Below, one piece after another: positions 48,824 to 59,110 of a stretch of 64,000 nucleotides of DNA. Under the pieces are notes generated by a model. That model worked only from the letters and a program-made list of their open reading frames with translations. It ran no database searches and had not been told where the DNA came from. Every line of letters begins with the position of its first letter. Positions within the stretch are counted from its first letter, which is position 1. Origin of the DNA: an uncultured candidate division Zixibacteria bacterium (lineage in GTDB: Bacteria > Zixibacteria > MSB-5A5 > GN15 > FEB-12). Made by a program: the position numbers and the translations under genes. Location: NCBI GenBank assembly GCA_963664195.1, contig OY760907.1, forward strand, positions 1,664,001-1,728,000. Direction: 5' to 3'.

Positions 48824-49282
48824 ATGGGAATCGAGATTTCGCTGAAGGAACTCGTCGAGAGTATGGAAATACAGTCGGACGAAGTCACTTCGTACATGAA
48901 CACGCTGCCTGGTGAAATCGAGGCGGTTACCGACGAAGAGTTGGGGGCTGCGGAACAGGGCACATACGAGGATCTGACTGGAGTTGAAACGCCAGACTTC
49001 GTCCTCGCCGTTTTGGAGGGAAGGGACAGTATCGCGCTTCCTACGCGGATGGACATCAACGAATATCAGATAATGGAGAAGTTTGCGGAGTCAGTCAAGG
49101 ATAGCGCGCTGTCAGACCGCCTGGCCGAGGCACTGGTGGGAAGGGGCGCGTTCCGTCGTTTCAAGGATGCAGTGTTCCACGCCGGTGTGGAAGAAGATTG
49201 GTACAAATTCAAGTTTGACAAGTACGCTGAAGTCGCCATCGATTGGTGTGAGACCAACAGCATTAGCTATCGCCGACCGTAG
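48824..49282 (+). CDS. UPF0158-family protein
   Basis: EYQIMEKFA, L.GRGAFRRFKD, W.E.N.I. Confidence 0.85.
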   Translation: MGIEISLKELVESMEIQSDEVTSYMNTLPGEIEAVTDEELGAAEQGTYEDLTGVETPDFVLAVLEGRDSIALPTRMDINEYQIMEKFAESVKDSALSDRLAEALVGRGAFRRFKDAVFHAGVEEDWYKFKFDKYAEVAIDWCETNSISYRRP

Positions 49283-49298
49283 GTGGAAGGAGTGTGAC

Positions 49299-49568
49299 AG
49301 AATAATCATTCGCACAACCCTGAAGCTGGCCAAAAAGATTAAAGCCTCGCCCACGGTCTGCGAACCCCTGAACAGCCACTTGCTTCTTGATTGGACTGCC
49401 AATGTGTTTCTATTCGACCGGATTCAGCTCACTATTGTCACCTATACAGCGACACTGTTTTCGTTGCTTTTCCGAGGCAATCGCATTACATCGGCAGAGT
49501 CCTTCATGGCGATGTTAGGAAATCGTCTCGAAGCGTATCTCCCGTTGGAGCGAATGTCCGACCGGTAA
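49299..49568 (+). pseudogene. Truncated DUF6933-like relic lacking a start codon
   Basis: IIIRTTLKLAKKIK...LDWTANVF..R...TLFS. Confidence 0.5.
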
Positions 49569-49583
49569 GAAAGGAACAGCCCT

Positions 49584-50168
49584 ATGACCGACCGCAAAAA
49601 ACTATTCGATGCCGCTCTGGAAATCTTCGCCGAAGTTGGATTGAAAAACGCCAGCCTTCAGATGATCTCCGAAAAGGCAGGTCTCGAGCCGGCTATGGCC
49701 CGCGCTCTGTTTGTCGACAAGGAAACGCTTCTCCGTGAGGTTCTCGACGACATCTCTATGCCGGTCATCAGCGCGATCTCTATGGCGGTCGAACGATACG
49801 ATACTCCCCGTGATATGATCTGCGGGTCACTTCGTTTGTTCGACACGTGGCTCAACGACAATCCTCTCTATGTCCGCGTGCTCCAGAGGGCGTTTCTTGA
49901 CGATCCGGCAGCGCTCAGAACGATTTTCAAGAAGTCCATGTATTCGTCGGAATTCTATGAACGGATCGAGGGATATATTGCAGAAGGGAAACTCAGCATC
50001 GAGGATCCGTTCGATCTCGTAATGCTGCTTGATTCTGCAATCATGTTTGGCCATATCGCGAAAGCTGGTATGGCGTCAATGATACCGGGAACCGACGAGA
50101 CTGAAATCATCACACGACGGTTCAACGCGCTCTGCGTGCTGCTGGAAAACGGCCTGTTTGTCGAATAG
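49584..50168 (+). CDS. TetR/AcrR-family regulator
   Basis: AALEIFAE.G....S...I...AG......F..KE.L HTH. Confidence 0.85.
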   Translation: MTDRKKLFDAALEIFAEVGLKNASLQMISEKAGLEPAMARALFVDKETLLREVLDDISMPVISAISMAVERYDTPRDMICGSLRLFDTWLNDNPLYVRVLQRAFLDDPAALRTIFKKSMYSSEFYERIEGYIAEGKLSIEDPFDLVMLLDSAIMFGHIAKAGMASMIPGTDETEIITRRFNALCVLLENGLFVE

Positions 50169-50284
50169 GCTGTAGTCTGTTTTTTTCACCGACTATCAAT
50201 CAACGCTATGAAAGACCGTGCCTGCGAGCGCCGGAGTTCCATCCTCTTTACTGAGCCGTTGGACAACCCGTGGTCGTCCCAGAA

Positions 50285-50368
50285 GCAGGTCGAAATCCAA
50301 CGCAGCCTGCTGCCGGCGGTTTTGACATTCATGGCTTCGGGTGGCCGGGTCAACCTTGTTTGGCCCGG
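50285..50368 (+). repeat. Composite REP site: degenerate GTAG-type hairpin plus orphan GTGG REP (50339-50368)
   Basis: GCAG-GTCGAAATC..GGTTTTGAC; GGGTGG-CCGGGTCAACC-TT-GTTTGGCCCGG. Confidence 0.75.
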
Positions 50369-50374
50369 TTTCGT

Positions 50375-51220
50375 TCACCCGCGACAAGCCTTGAGAATAA
50401 TGTCCCCCCGTTCCAAACCGAGGTCCTTTGCAATAATACGGCACTTGATTTTCAATATGAAAAAGATCGGCAGATCCTCGCCGGACAGCGCCTCGAAATT
50501 CCCCTGCCCCTTGGCGATGATAAGATCGGATTCAGCGACCAGCCGCCGGAACTCCGGGCTGCACGTTTTTAGAATCGTCCCCGGTGCATCGGTCCCCGAT
50601 GACACTACCGTGGCAACCTTATCTAAACCTGCTTGCACTGCATCCTCGATGACCGCGTCGTTGATGACCGGTACTCCTCGAACGGCATACGTCACCGGCT
50701 TGCCCATCTCTTCGATCAGCAGTCGATCAAACACTGTTTCGCCCGCATTATCCCCTATGTAGAGGATCCGGTCGGTTCTGTCGAGAGCTGCTTTGAACGC
50801 TCTATAATCGAAGATGGCAAACTCTTTGGTCAACGTCTCTTCAATGGTTTGCTCCACATCGAAGTTCGCACTCGCTCCGAAATCGATTATGTTGCCGGCC
50901 ACCGCCATTCTGATTGCCGCCAGCAGCCGGTCCCCGGATTGCTGTATTGTTTGTTTCATTGAGGGATACAGCGTCAGTGCCTGTTCCGTGCACCTGTGTT
51001 TTATCTCGCGGAATGGGTCGGGATTGCCGGTGATCTCACGGACCATGCGGTGCAGTAACCGTCCGGTTTCCGGCGGAGTGCTGTCGAGTGAAATATCGCT
51101 CAGTTTAGCTCCCAGTTCATCCAGGAGTCGCTTGATCTTTGCCTCATCGTCAGTCGAGGCTCGCCCGGCGCGGAGGGCCTGGCCGAAGAAACAGGGGATG
51201 CATTCAAGATATGTCTTCAT
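50375..51220 (-). CDS. DUF89/ARMT1-like damage-control phosphatase
   Basis: CIPC, AGNIIDFG, DNAGE.VFD, INDA, KGQGNFE, KC. Confidence 0.92.
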   Translation of the reverse strand: MKTYLECIPCFFGQALRAGRASTDDEAKIKRLLDELGAKLSDISLDSTPPETGRLLHRMVREITGNPDPFREIKHRCTEQALTLYPSMKQTIQQSGDRLLAAIRMAVAGNIIDFGASANFDVEQTIEETLTKEFAIFDYRAFKAALDRTDRILYIGDNAGETVFDRLLIEEMGKPVTYAVRGVPVINDAVIEDAVQAGLDKVATVVSSGTDAPGTILKTCSPEFRRLVAESDLIIAKGQGNFEALSGEDLPIFFILKIKCRIIAKDLGLERGDIILKACRG

Positions 51221-51425
51221 ACGTATTCAGTCGCTTTCCAATTCACTGTCGAGTTGAAGCAATCTACGGCGCTACAGACACACGTCAACAGCCAAAGCTC
51301 AGGATGATTGAAGCTTGTATCCTGAAGTCGGACTTGATTATCTGACAATGGAAACCTGAGGCCGGTTGTGATCGTAGTCCTGCTAAACGGCACGAGGCGA
51401 ACCACAGCTTTGAAAAGGACACTCA

Positions 51426-52662
51426 ATGAGAGTATTGATAATCGGCGGTACTCGGTTTATGGGGCCGCATATTGTAAACGAATTGACCGACGGGGGCCAC
51501 GAAGTCACGGTGTTGCATCGCGGCAACACACCGGCCGTTCTTCCCGAAGGCGCGAAGGAGATTCTCGGTGACCGCAACCGGCTGGTCGATCTCAAACCGC
51601 AGATCAAGAAACTTGGTCCAGATGTTGTCCTCGATATGGTGCTCCTTAACGAACGGCAGGCTCGCGAGATGGTGGGTGTGCTCTCAGGTATCGCCGGGCG
51701 GCTGGTGGTGGCCTCAAGTTGCGATGTCTATCATGCCTATGGTATGCTGAACGGTCTGGAGACAGGCCCGGCAACGAGCGGCCGCATTACCGAGGACTCA
51801 CCGCTGCGTCAGAAACTGCACCCGTATCGTGCGATGGCCGAAGATGAAAACCACCCGCTCTACGATTACGACAAGATTCCGGCCGAACAGGCTGTCATGT
51901 CCGCTGCCGGTCTTCCGGGCACCGTGCTTCGTCTGCCGGTGGTCTACGGTCCCAACGACTACCAACATCGATTGGCCGAGCACCTTCGGCGAATGATTGA
52001 CAACCGCCCTGCGATTCTCATGGGCAAAGCCCAGGCTGACTGGACGATAGTGCGCGGCTACTCCGAAAACTGCGCTCACGCCTTCAGTGGTGCCATCACC
52101 GATTTCATAGCCGCCGGCCGCATCTACAACGTGGGCGAACCGACCGCCTATTCAGAGAGAGCCTGGGCTGAGGGCGTGGCCGCAGCAGTCGGATGGAAAG
52201 GGGAGATCGTCACTCTCGACCGTGATCTACTACCCGAGCATTTGAAAGATGACACGCACTACGAACACAACCTTAGATCGTGCGCTACGAAGAGGTTGCC
52301 GTGCGCATTTTGTTTCTGATCTCCTCAAACTCCGTCCACTTTTCTCGGAAGCCTTTGTCAGCAAAAGACTCGCTGAAATACTTTTGGTAGTTGTCTGCAA
52401 GTCTTCCTTCAATTCCTTAATAGCCTCCGTTGTTTCCCGTAGTGCCGCAATTCCTTCGTCACGAAGCCACTGGATTGCTTATAAACGATCTCCCCGAGTT
52501 CACCAAAGTCAATCAAATAGGCGCTGTTTTCCACAAGTTTGCGAGCGGGTCGATTTCGATGAAGCCCTGTTACGGACCATCGCGTGGGAGCGTGAAAACC
52601 TGCCCGAGAGTACTGATATCGAGAAGCACTACGCGGCCGAAGATCAGGCGTTGAAGAAGTAA
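51426..52662 (+). pseudogene. NAD-dependent epimerase/dehydratase interrupted near its 3' end
   Basis: GGTRFMG, Y..K motif; native C-terminus (ERVDFDEALLRTIAWER..YAAEDQAL) resumes near 52540 in another frame after a foreign segment of about 265 bp. Confidence 0.8.
52273..52537 (-). pseudogene. Frameshifted HEPN-like fragment inserted in reverse
   Basis: With three frame changes reads VENSAYLIDFGELGEIVYKQSSGF..LKEDLQ.NYQKYFSESF..KWTEFEEIRNK.AHGNLF (R-x4-H). Confidence 0.65.
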
Positions 52663-52742
52663 ATTTTGTAGGGCGGGTCTGCCGTCAGACCTGTGATTGC
52701 CCGCGCAGCGAGCATCGTTGACACGAATAACAACGAGACAAA

Positions 52743-52772
52743 AAAAGGAGACTGAAAAATCAGTCTCCTTTT
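52743..52772. terminator. Bidirectional terminator
   Basis: AAAAGGAGACTGA-AAAA-TCAGTCTCCTTTT. Confidence 0.85.
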
Positions 52773-52808
52773 AGATTCTGTCACGAGGACAGACTCAGAT
52801 CTGGTGGT

Positions 52809-53123
52809 TTACCAGTTTCTGCGTCCGCCGCCGCCACCGCCACCGCGATTACCACCACGGCCACCACCACCGCCACGGTCAGTGCGCGGCTTGGCTTCGT
52901 TGACATTCAACGAGCGTCCACCAAGATCCTGGCCGTTCAGTCCGCTGATAGCGGCTGTGGCTTCGTCCTGGTTCGGCATTTCCACGAAAGCAAACCCTCT
53001 CGGGTCACCCGTGAACTTGTCTGTGATAACGTTGACACTTGAAACTTCGCCGAAGTTTTCAAACGCCTGACGCAGCTCGTCTTCCGTCGCCTGGTACGAC
53101 AGGTTGCCAATGTAGATGTTCAT
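52809..53123 (-). CDS. RRM RNA-binding protein with Gly/Arg tail
   Basis: RNP2 IYIGNL, RNP1 RGFAFVEM. Confidence 0.95.
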   Translation of the reverse strand: MNIYIGNLSYQATEDELRQAFENFGEVSSVNVITDKFTGDPRGFAFVEMPNQDEATAAISGLNGQDLGGRSLNVNEAKPRTDRGGGGGRGGNRGGGGGGGRRNW

Positions 53124-53469
53124 TCTACACTCCGATTTTGTTCATCCCAAAATGAAACCTTAACCCAACGGATTTGTGGTCATCGAGATAAACCCGTTAA
53201 TGCGCACTATTGCGCTCTTGGCTCCGAGTTTTGCCTTATTCAGAGATTTGTTTGTGATGAACAAAGTCTTGAGAAAAGGGGTGGCCGAAACCTCTATGTC
53301 ACTAGCTAGCATATCTTTTCAAAAAACGAAAGTCAATAGTATTATTTACGATACGAGGCAATCACCCTGATGTTTGCTTCTGATTATCGACTCTACAACG
53401 CTCCAGACCCTGCAAAATGATCCCGCAACCGGACAAAAATGCCATTTTTTGGCCTGGTTGGAGCGATTT

Positions 53470-54180
53470 TCACTCATCCGACCCCGATTTGCCGGTTTCC
53501 ACCACTAACTTGAACCCTTTGCCTCGGATATTGAGGATTTCGATGCGGGGGTCATCCTTGAGATATTTCCGCAGTTTTGACACGAATACATCCATACTGC
53601 GGCCGCTGAAATACGTGTCATCTCCCCAAATCTTTCGTAGGGCGACACTTCGATCAAGCGTCTGATTTCGGTAAAGACACAGCATCCGAAGCAATTCCGC
53701 CTCACGGGCTGTGAGTGTAAGCTCGGTAACCACGCCTCTCAGTGTCTGGGCCGCGCTGTCAAACGCATAATGACCGATCTCAAACGATACCTGTCCGCCG
53801 GTGCCCTGGGCGCCTTTGGATCTCTTTAACACTGCCTGTACCCGAAGGATCAACTCCTCGACACTAAACGGTTTGGTGATGTAATCATCGCAGCCGATTT
53901 TGAACCCCTCGATCTTGTCTTCCTGCAACGATTTGGCCGTCAGGAAGATCAGCGGCGTATCGCTGTCTTTCAACCTGACCGTGCGCGCGAACGCAAACCC
54001 GTCCATCTTGGGCATCATGATATCGACCAGACAGAGATCAAACTCCTCGCTATCGAACTTGTCGACCCCGGCCACACCATCGGTGCAAAGCGCAACCTCG
54101 TAGCCGTTCATCTGGAGGTGCTCGCGGACGATTGCCCCCAGGTTGGGATCATCTTCAAGCAACAGTATCCGGTGTTTCAT
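53470..54180 (-). CDS. OmpR/PhoB-family response regulator
   Basis: LLEDD, DIMMP, FLTAK, KPF, RSMDVFVSKLRK, RGKGF. Confidence 0.94.
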   Translation of the reverse strand: MKHRILLLEDDPNLGAIVREHLQMNGYEVALCTDGVAGVDKFDSEEFDLCLVDIMMPKMDGFAFARTVRLKDSDTPLIFLTAKSLQEDKIEGFKIGCDDYITKPFSVEELILRVQAVLKRSKGAQGTGGQVSFEIGHYAFDSAAQTLRGVVTELTLTAREAELLRMLCLYRNQTLDRSVALRKIWGDDTYFSGRSMDVFVSKLRKYLKDDPRIEILNIRGKGFKLVVETGKSGSDE

Positions 54181-54197
54181 TGCATTTCCAGCCTGCA

Positions 54198-55874
54198 TCA
54201 AGCCTCCGCCAACGGCAGGATGACCTCTACTCGCGTTCCTTCACCCGGTTTGCTCCTGAGTGACACCTTGCCGCCGTGCGCCTCGACCATGACCTTAACA
54301 TAACTCAACCCCAGCCCGAATCCCTTTACGTTGTGCACATTGCCGGTGGAAACGCGGTAGTATTTGTCGAACACGGATTTCATATCCTCGCTGCTGATTC
54401 CTACTCCACGGTCTGAAATCTGGATTACCACGGACTTGTCACCGTTTTTGCTCGATACGTCGATGATCGGTTCATCTGGGGAGTACTTCACGGCATTGTC
54501 AAGCAGGTTATGAATGATATTCGAGATATGCACCGGATCGCCGACGACCACATGATTGTCAGCGTTGAGATTCTGAGAGACGCGACCGCCCCTGGCCTCG
54601 ATTTTCAGAGACAGATTCGCGAGCGCATGCTCTATCGCCTCGTGGACGTCGACCGGCTCCTGCGCCAATTCAAAGTCCTTGCCGCCCATCGCCGCCATTT
54701 GAAGTATCTTATCGGTCTGGCCTCGCATCCGAAGGTTCTCCTCCCGGATCATCTGTGCGAATCGGGACAGCTTCTCCTTGTCGGCCTGAACATCCGGTCG
54801 TGCTATAGCGTCGCAGGCAAGCGCGACTGTCGATATCGGCGTCTTGAATTCGTGAGTCATGTTGTTGACGAAATCCACCATGAGCGAGGCGTGCCGTCTC
54901 TGTGCAATGATCGTCCTGATCGTGTAGACAAAGCAATAGACAATGATCAACATGAATGCGACCATCGGAATCAACAGGGGACCGACCTGCTTCCATATCA
55001 ACGCCCTGCTACCGGGGAAATATACCTTCAGGTCAGACTGCGGTGCGACAAAGTCGTAAGGGAAAAGTCTGGCGCTGAACTCTGACCGGAGAAGTTCTTC
55101 ACGATATTCTCCGGGCACTGGCCACAACTCATCGCTTCCGGCGCTCGTGGTGGTGAACGCATACTCCATATCTATCTCTCCCTGGGTGAACTTCTCCTTG
55201 AGCACGCTGTCGATAGTGGCGGAGTCCAGACGCTCCTGAATTGGGGGAGAATCCGTGGTCCAGATACTGTTCAATACCTGCTTGAGGAATACCATCCTGA
55301 CACTGTCAGCTTCAATTGTATCCAGGACCGTCAAAGGGTCTGAAGTCCGCATGTAGAAATAGCCGGTGTCAACATTAACCCGAACTCGATGTGAGCCGTC
55401 AGTCAGGCTGCTGCCGGTATCCTTGACAAAGTCTCCGTAGGTTCTGAACGTTTCCGAGGTAATGCGCCCCGAACTATCACCGACACTGATTATCACATTC
55501 TGCGACGCAGAAAGATCGAACCCGGTTTCGCCCTTGTTGTGTCTCATCGCCGCCATAGTGGAATCGGAGAACAGACGACGCTGGTGCAGCGTTGTGTCAC
55601 TGCCTCCACTGTCAGCAATAATCTCGGTCATGACAGTGATATTATCCGGTCGAGTTGTCGAGTCGCAGGCGACCGTGATTGCAGTCATCACCGCCTCGCG
55701 GGCCTGAAGAGCGTTGACGGCCTCACCCAGCGCGTTGGCGACATTGCGGCGGAACGTCTGTTGTTTCAACTCCATAGCGCTGTTGAGCAGGAATATCTGC
55801 AACAGCATGAGACCCGAAAGTGAAACCAGAATCAGCCCCACGATGATACGCACGTTTTTTCGAGAGAGCGCCAT
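54198..55874 (-). CDS. Membrane sensor histidine kinase
   Basis: Two TMs; THEFKTP; NLLDNAVKY; DRGVG; GFGLGL. Confidence 0.93.
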   Translation of the reverse strand: MALSRKNVRIIVGLILVSLSGLMLLQIFLLNSAMELKQQTFRRNVANALGEAVNALQAREAVMTAITVACDSTTRPDNITVMTEIIADSGGSDTTLHQRRLFSDSTMAAMRHNKGETGFDLSASQNVIISVGDSSGRITSETFRTYGDFVKDTGSSLTDGSHRVRVNVDTGYFYMRTSDPLTVLDTIEADSVRMVFLKQVLNSIWTTDSPPIQERLDSATIDSVLKEKFTQGEIDMEYAFTTTSAGSDELWPVPGEYREELLRSEFSARLFPYDFVAPQSDLKVYFPGSRALIWKQVGPLLIPMVAFMLIIVYCFVYTIRTIIAQRRHASLMVDFVNNMTHEFKTPISTVALACDAIARPDVQADKEKLSRFAQMIREENLRMRGQTDKILQMAAMGGKDFELAQEPVDVHEAIEHALANLSLKIEARGGRVSQNLNADNHVVVGDPVHISNIIHNLLDNAVKYSPDEPIIDVSSKNGDKSVVIQISDRGVGISSEDMKSVFDKYYRVSTGNVHNVKGFGLGLSYVKVMVEAHGGKVSLRSKPGEGTRVEVILPLAEA

Positions 55875-55914
55875 GCTACCAATATAGGCAATCCCGATCC
55901 CCGCAACACCCCTA

Positions 55915-55950
55915 TTAACACACGTTAACATTTCTTAGCACTGCTTAACT
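55915..55950. promoter_or_regulatory. Four TTAACA-like direct repeats at 10-bp period (likely OmpR-family operator)
   Basis: TTAACA 55915, TTAACA 55925, TTAGCA 55935, TTAACT 55945. Confidence 0.7.
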
Positions 55951-56030
55951 CGGCGAAGAGCAACTCTGGATTTATCAATACAGTACAAGAACCTGTAAAC
56001 AACACATGACAGGAACCAAGGGAGATTCCA

Positions 56031-56789
56031 ATGACCGCTTTCAACCCTACCTTCAGACAGAAATCAATGCTGTTCATTGTTACGCTTATTTTCCTGATGC
56101 CTGCGGCCAACGTCTGCAGTCAGATCTACGGGGGAAAGACGACTGGCCCTAACGAAGTATTCATGCTTCCGGAACTTGGCGCGCTCATAGGCCCCTCTCC
56201 GGACGGCCTCACGATTATGATGGTTATGCCCGGGGATCACCGAGCGGAAGCCTACAAGAAAACTGACCTTAAACAAGGTGACCTCATCAAGATGGTCAAC
56301 GGCAAGGGCGTCAAGACCTGCAAAGACCTGCAAGCTGTCTATGATGCCCTCAAAGTCGGCGACGAGCTCAAGCTTGGGATCAAGCGCGACAAGGGTCTGA
56401 TGATCGTATCGCTCGACAAAGCCGACGCCGATGACCTTCCTGCACAGATGGTGATGACAACCTCAGAAATCGGCAGCTCCGACGTGGCCGCGACAATGAT
56501 AGATGCCGGCATTCTGCTGGACGAAAAAGACGGCATAATCACAGTCGGCGATGTTATCGATGCCATCCCGGTCGCATTCGAGGACGAAAAACCGGCCAAG
56601 GGTGATGTTCTGCTTGAGATTCAGGGAATGAAGGTCGACGGTTCGGACTCGATTGAGAAGCTCTGGTCCGAGGTTGAGCCGGGCACGAAGGCCGAACTGA
56701 CGCTTGACCGCGGCGGCAGGGAAGTCATCGTTAGATTTCTGCGCGAAAGCGTTTCGATACAGACTGAAACACAAACGATCGTACAGTGA
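56031..56789 (+). CDS. Exported tandem PDZ-domain protein
   Basis: Signal-like N-terminus; L..GD.I..VNG and GDVLLEIQG motifs. Confidence 0.8.
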   Translation: MTAFNPTFRQKSMLFIVTLIFLMPAANVCSQIYGGKTTGPNEVFMLPELGALIGPSPDGLTIMMVMPGDHRAEAYKKTDLKQGDLIKMVNGKGVKTCKDLQAVYDALKVGDELKLGIKRDKGLMIVSLDKADADDLPAQMVMTTSEIGSSDVAATMIDAGILLDEKDGIITVGDVIDAIPVAFEDEKPAKGDVLLEIQGMKVDGSDSIEKLWSEVEPGTKAELTLDRGGREVIVRFLRESVSIQTETQTIVQ

Positions 56790-56797
56790 GGACAAAT

Positions 56798-58300
56798 ATG
56801 CCCCGCACCTTCGCCAAAGCCGTTTTGGGGGCGCTGCTTCTGATACTAGTAACGGCATCCGTGACGTCGGCTCAATACAATTCGTTCAATCAGCGAGACG
56901 ATCAGTACCGTTTGCTGGGACTCCGGCGGGCTAAAGAAGCATACGAGGTCGCCCGGGCAGAATACGAGCGGCAGCAGGTGTTGTTCGACAAGCGGCTGAT
57001 TACCCAGGTGGAATACGATCGGGCGAAAAACGTCTACGCTGACGCCGAAGTCAACTACCAGCAATCGTTGCTGGCGGTAGTGTTCGAAGACCAGTACATC
57101 TCGGTAGTATCAGCCGTGAAGTATCATGCCGAGGACGGCACAAAACGCGTCAAGCTCACACTCGCCAATGCCTCGGGCGGCACCGAGGAATTCCAGAACC
57201 TGATTGATTTCAACGACGAGCTTTTTCGGTCGCTTCAGCCTGATATGATTCACAACGTGTACGTGTCGCTGCTCAACGACGATAATGCCATCATCAGCCA
57301 ACCGTACGAATGCAAGATATCTGAGCTTCGCTACGGTTCCCCTCAGACGGTGGAGTTCAAACTGCTGCAGGATGTCGACGCCGTTTCAGTGTTTCTGATC
57401 TACGGCAACGGCAGCCAGCGGACGATGAAAATCTTTCTCCAAAAGGACGCCACCGTGAACAAAGTGGCGGTGCAGTCAGAGCAGTTTTCGCAGGAAGTGG
57501 AAATCGGCAAGACGGCCAACTACGATCTGAGGTTGGAGTTGTACAGCGGCGTGAACAACACGTTTGCACTCGAAGTCGTGAATCTTCCTAAAGAAATCAG
57601 CCGGTTTATCAAGAACCCCACGGGCAACGTGCGCCTCAGACAGGTCAAATTCACCGAAAGCAGTCGCACCAAACGCGCCGTTCTGCAGATTACCCTTCCG
57701 GACCGTGCGGCGGGTCCGGTGATTATGGATGAGTCAATTCCGTTTTATGTCCTGGCGCTGCCGACCGAGCGAATGGGGGAGATTCCAGATCTTGCCACTC
57801 GTCAGTGGACCGAAGATGAATTGGACAAGCTCGATATCGGCTACGTGCGCCTGGAAATTCTCCCGCGCGGCAAGGGTGAGCTGGCCGTTCGTGCGCCTCA
57901 GCTTTTTCATTCGGTCATGGTCGGCGATACCGTCGAGTTCAGTCTCGATCTTACCAACGAAGGGAGCCATCGCCTCGACTACGTGGAAATCAAAGCCGAC
58001 CCTCCGCTCAACTGGACCAAAGAAATCGTCCCGACCACAGTCTCGAAACTTGACATCGGCGAGGAGTCACGGGTCACGCTTCGGTTTGTCCCGCCGGAGG
58101 ACGTTTCGGTCGGCAAGTACGAAATCCGTGTTTTTACTTCGGCCCTGTCCAACGGCCAGCCGATCTCGGGCACTGACAAAATCGCTACAATCGAAATCCG
58201 CGAATCGACCAATATCGCCGGCACTGCACTGCTCGTCCTGTTTATCGTGGGCGTGATCGGTACGATCGTAGCCTACGGCATACGTCTGACTCGAAAATGA
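56798..58300 (+). CDS. NEW3/Ig-like domain membrane-anchored protein
   Basis: Signal peptide, coiled coil, L.N.GS....P..W / PPEDVSVGKY domain, C-terminal TM. Confidence 0.75.
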   Translation: MPRTFAKAVLGALLLILVTASVTSAQYNSFNQRDDQYRLLGLRRAKEAYEVARAEYERQQVLFDKRLITQVEYDRAKNVYADAEVNYQQSLLAVVFEDQYISVVSAVKYHAEDGTKRVKLTLANASGGTEEFQNLIDFNDELFRSLQPDMIHNVYVSLLNDDNAIISQPYECKISELRYGSPQTVEFKLLQDVDAVSVFLIYGNGSQRTMKIFLQKDATVNKVAVQSEQFSQEVEIGKTANYDLRLELYSGVNNTFALEVVNLPKEISRFIKNPTGNVRLRQVKFTESSRTKRAVLQITLPDRAAGPVIMDESIPFYVLALPTERMGEIPDLATRQWTEDELDKLDIGYVRLEILPRGKGELAVRAPQLFHSVMVGDTVEFSLDLTNEGSHRLDYVEIKADPPLNWTKEIVPTTVSKLDIGEESRVTLRFVPPEDVSVGKYEIRVFTSALSNGQPISGTDKIATIEIRESTNIAGTALLVLFIVGVIGTIVAYGIRLTRK

Positions 58301-58333
58301 TAATCTCGAACCGCATGATAGTGAGGTAAACAA

Positions 58334-59110
58334 GTGAGCGACCTGACAGCAACCATCAGCCCTGCCCTCGAAGCGGATAACTTGACCAAACGATACGAGG
58401 ACGGCGTCCTTGCTCTCGACCATGTATCGTTTGCCGTGAACCCGGGGCACATTTATACGATTCTCGGAGCCAATGGCGCGGGCAAAACTACTACCATAAA
58501 TCTCTTCTTGAATTTCATTGATCCAACTGAGGGGGAGGCGAGAATAAACGGCATCGCCAGCCACCGCGATCCGCTGAAGGCCAAAGAGGGCGTGGCGTTT
58601 GTATCGGAGAACGTCATGTTGTACCCCAACTTCACGGCGTTGCAGAATCTGGATTTCTTCACCCGGCTCGGAGGAAGAACAGATTACACGGCCGACCACT
58701 ACCGCGATGTTCTCCTTCGCGTTGGACTTCCTGAAACTGTACATCAAAAACGCCTGAAAGGCTTCTCAAAAGGGATGCGACAGAAATGCGGAATTGCAAT
58801 CGCAATCCTCAAAGACTCTCCGGCTATCCTCTTGGACGAGCCGACCTCCGGTCTTGACCCAAAAGCGGGACATGATTTCATTACGCTCTTGAACACGCTC
58901 CGAAGCGAGAACAAAGCCATCCTCATGTCGACCCATGACATTTTCCGTGCCAAAGAAATTTCCGACACAGTGGCAATTATGAATCGCGGCCAGATGGTGA
59001 TGCAGGAGTCCGCCGGGCAAATCGCCGGCAAGGACCTTGAACAGCTTTACATGCAGTACATGGCCGGTGGCGACGGGCTGGCCGCGGAGATGGGAGCAGC
59101 ACGTGCTTAA
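58334..59110 (+). CDS. ABC-2 type ATPase
   Basis: GANGAGKT, FSKGMRQK, LDEPTSGLDP, STHD. Confidence 0.94.
   Translation: MSDLTATISPALEADNLTKRYEDGVLALDHVSFAVNPGHIYTILGANGAGKTTTINLFLNFIDPTEGEARINGIASHRDPLKAKEGVAFVSENVMLYPNFTALQNLDFFTRLGGRTDYTADHYRDVLLRVGLPETVHQKRLKGFSKGMRQKCGIAIAILKDSPAILLDEPTSGLDPKAGHDFITLLNTLRSENKAILMSTHDIFRAKEISDTVAIMNRGQMVMQESAGQIAGKDLEQLYMQYMAGGDGLAAEMGAARA

Noticed and set aside
52804..53070. Poly-Pro ORF
   Set aside because: Antisense reading of the Gly-rich tail of the RRM gene
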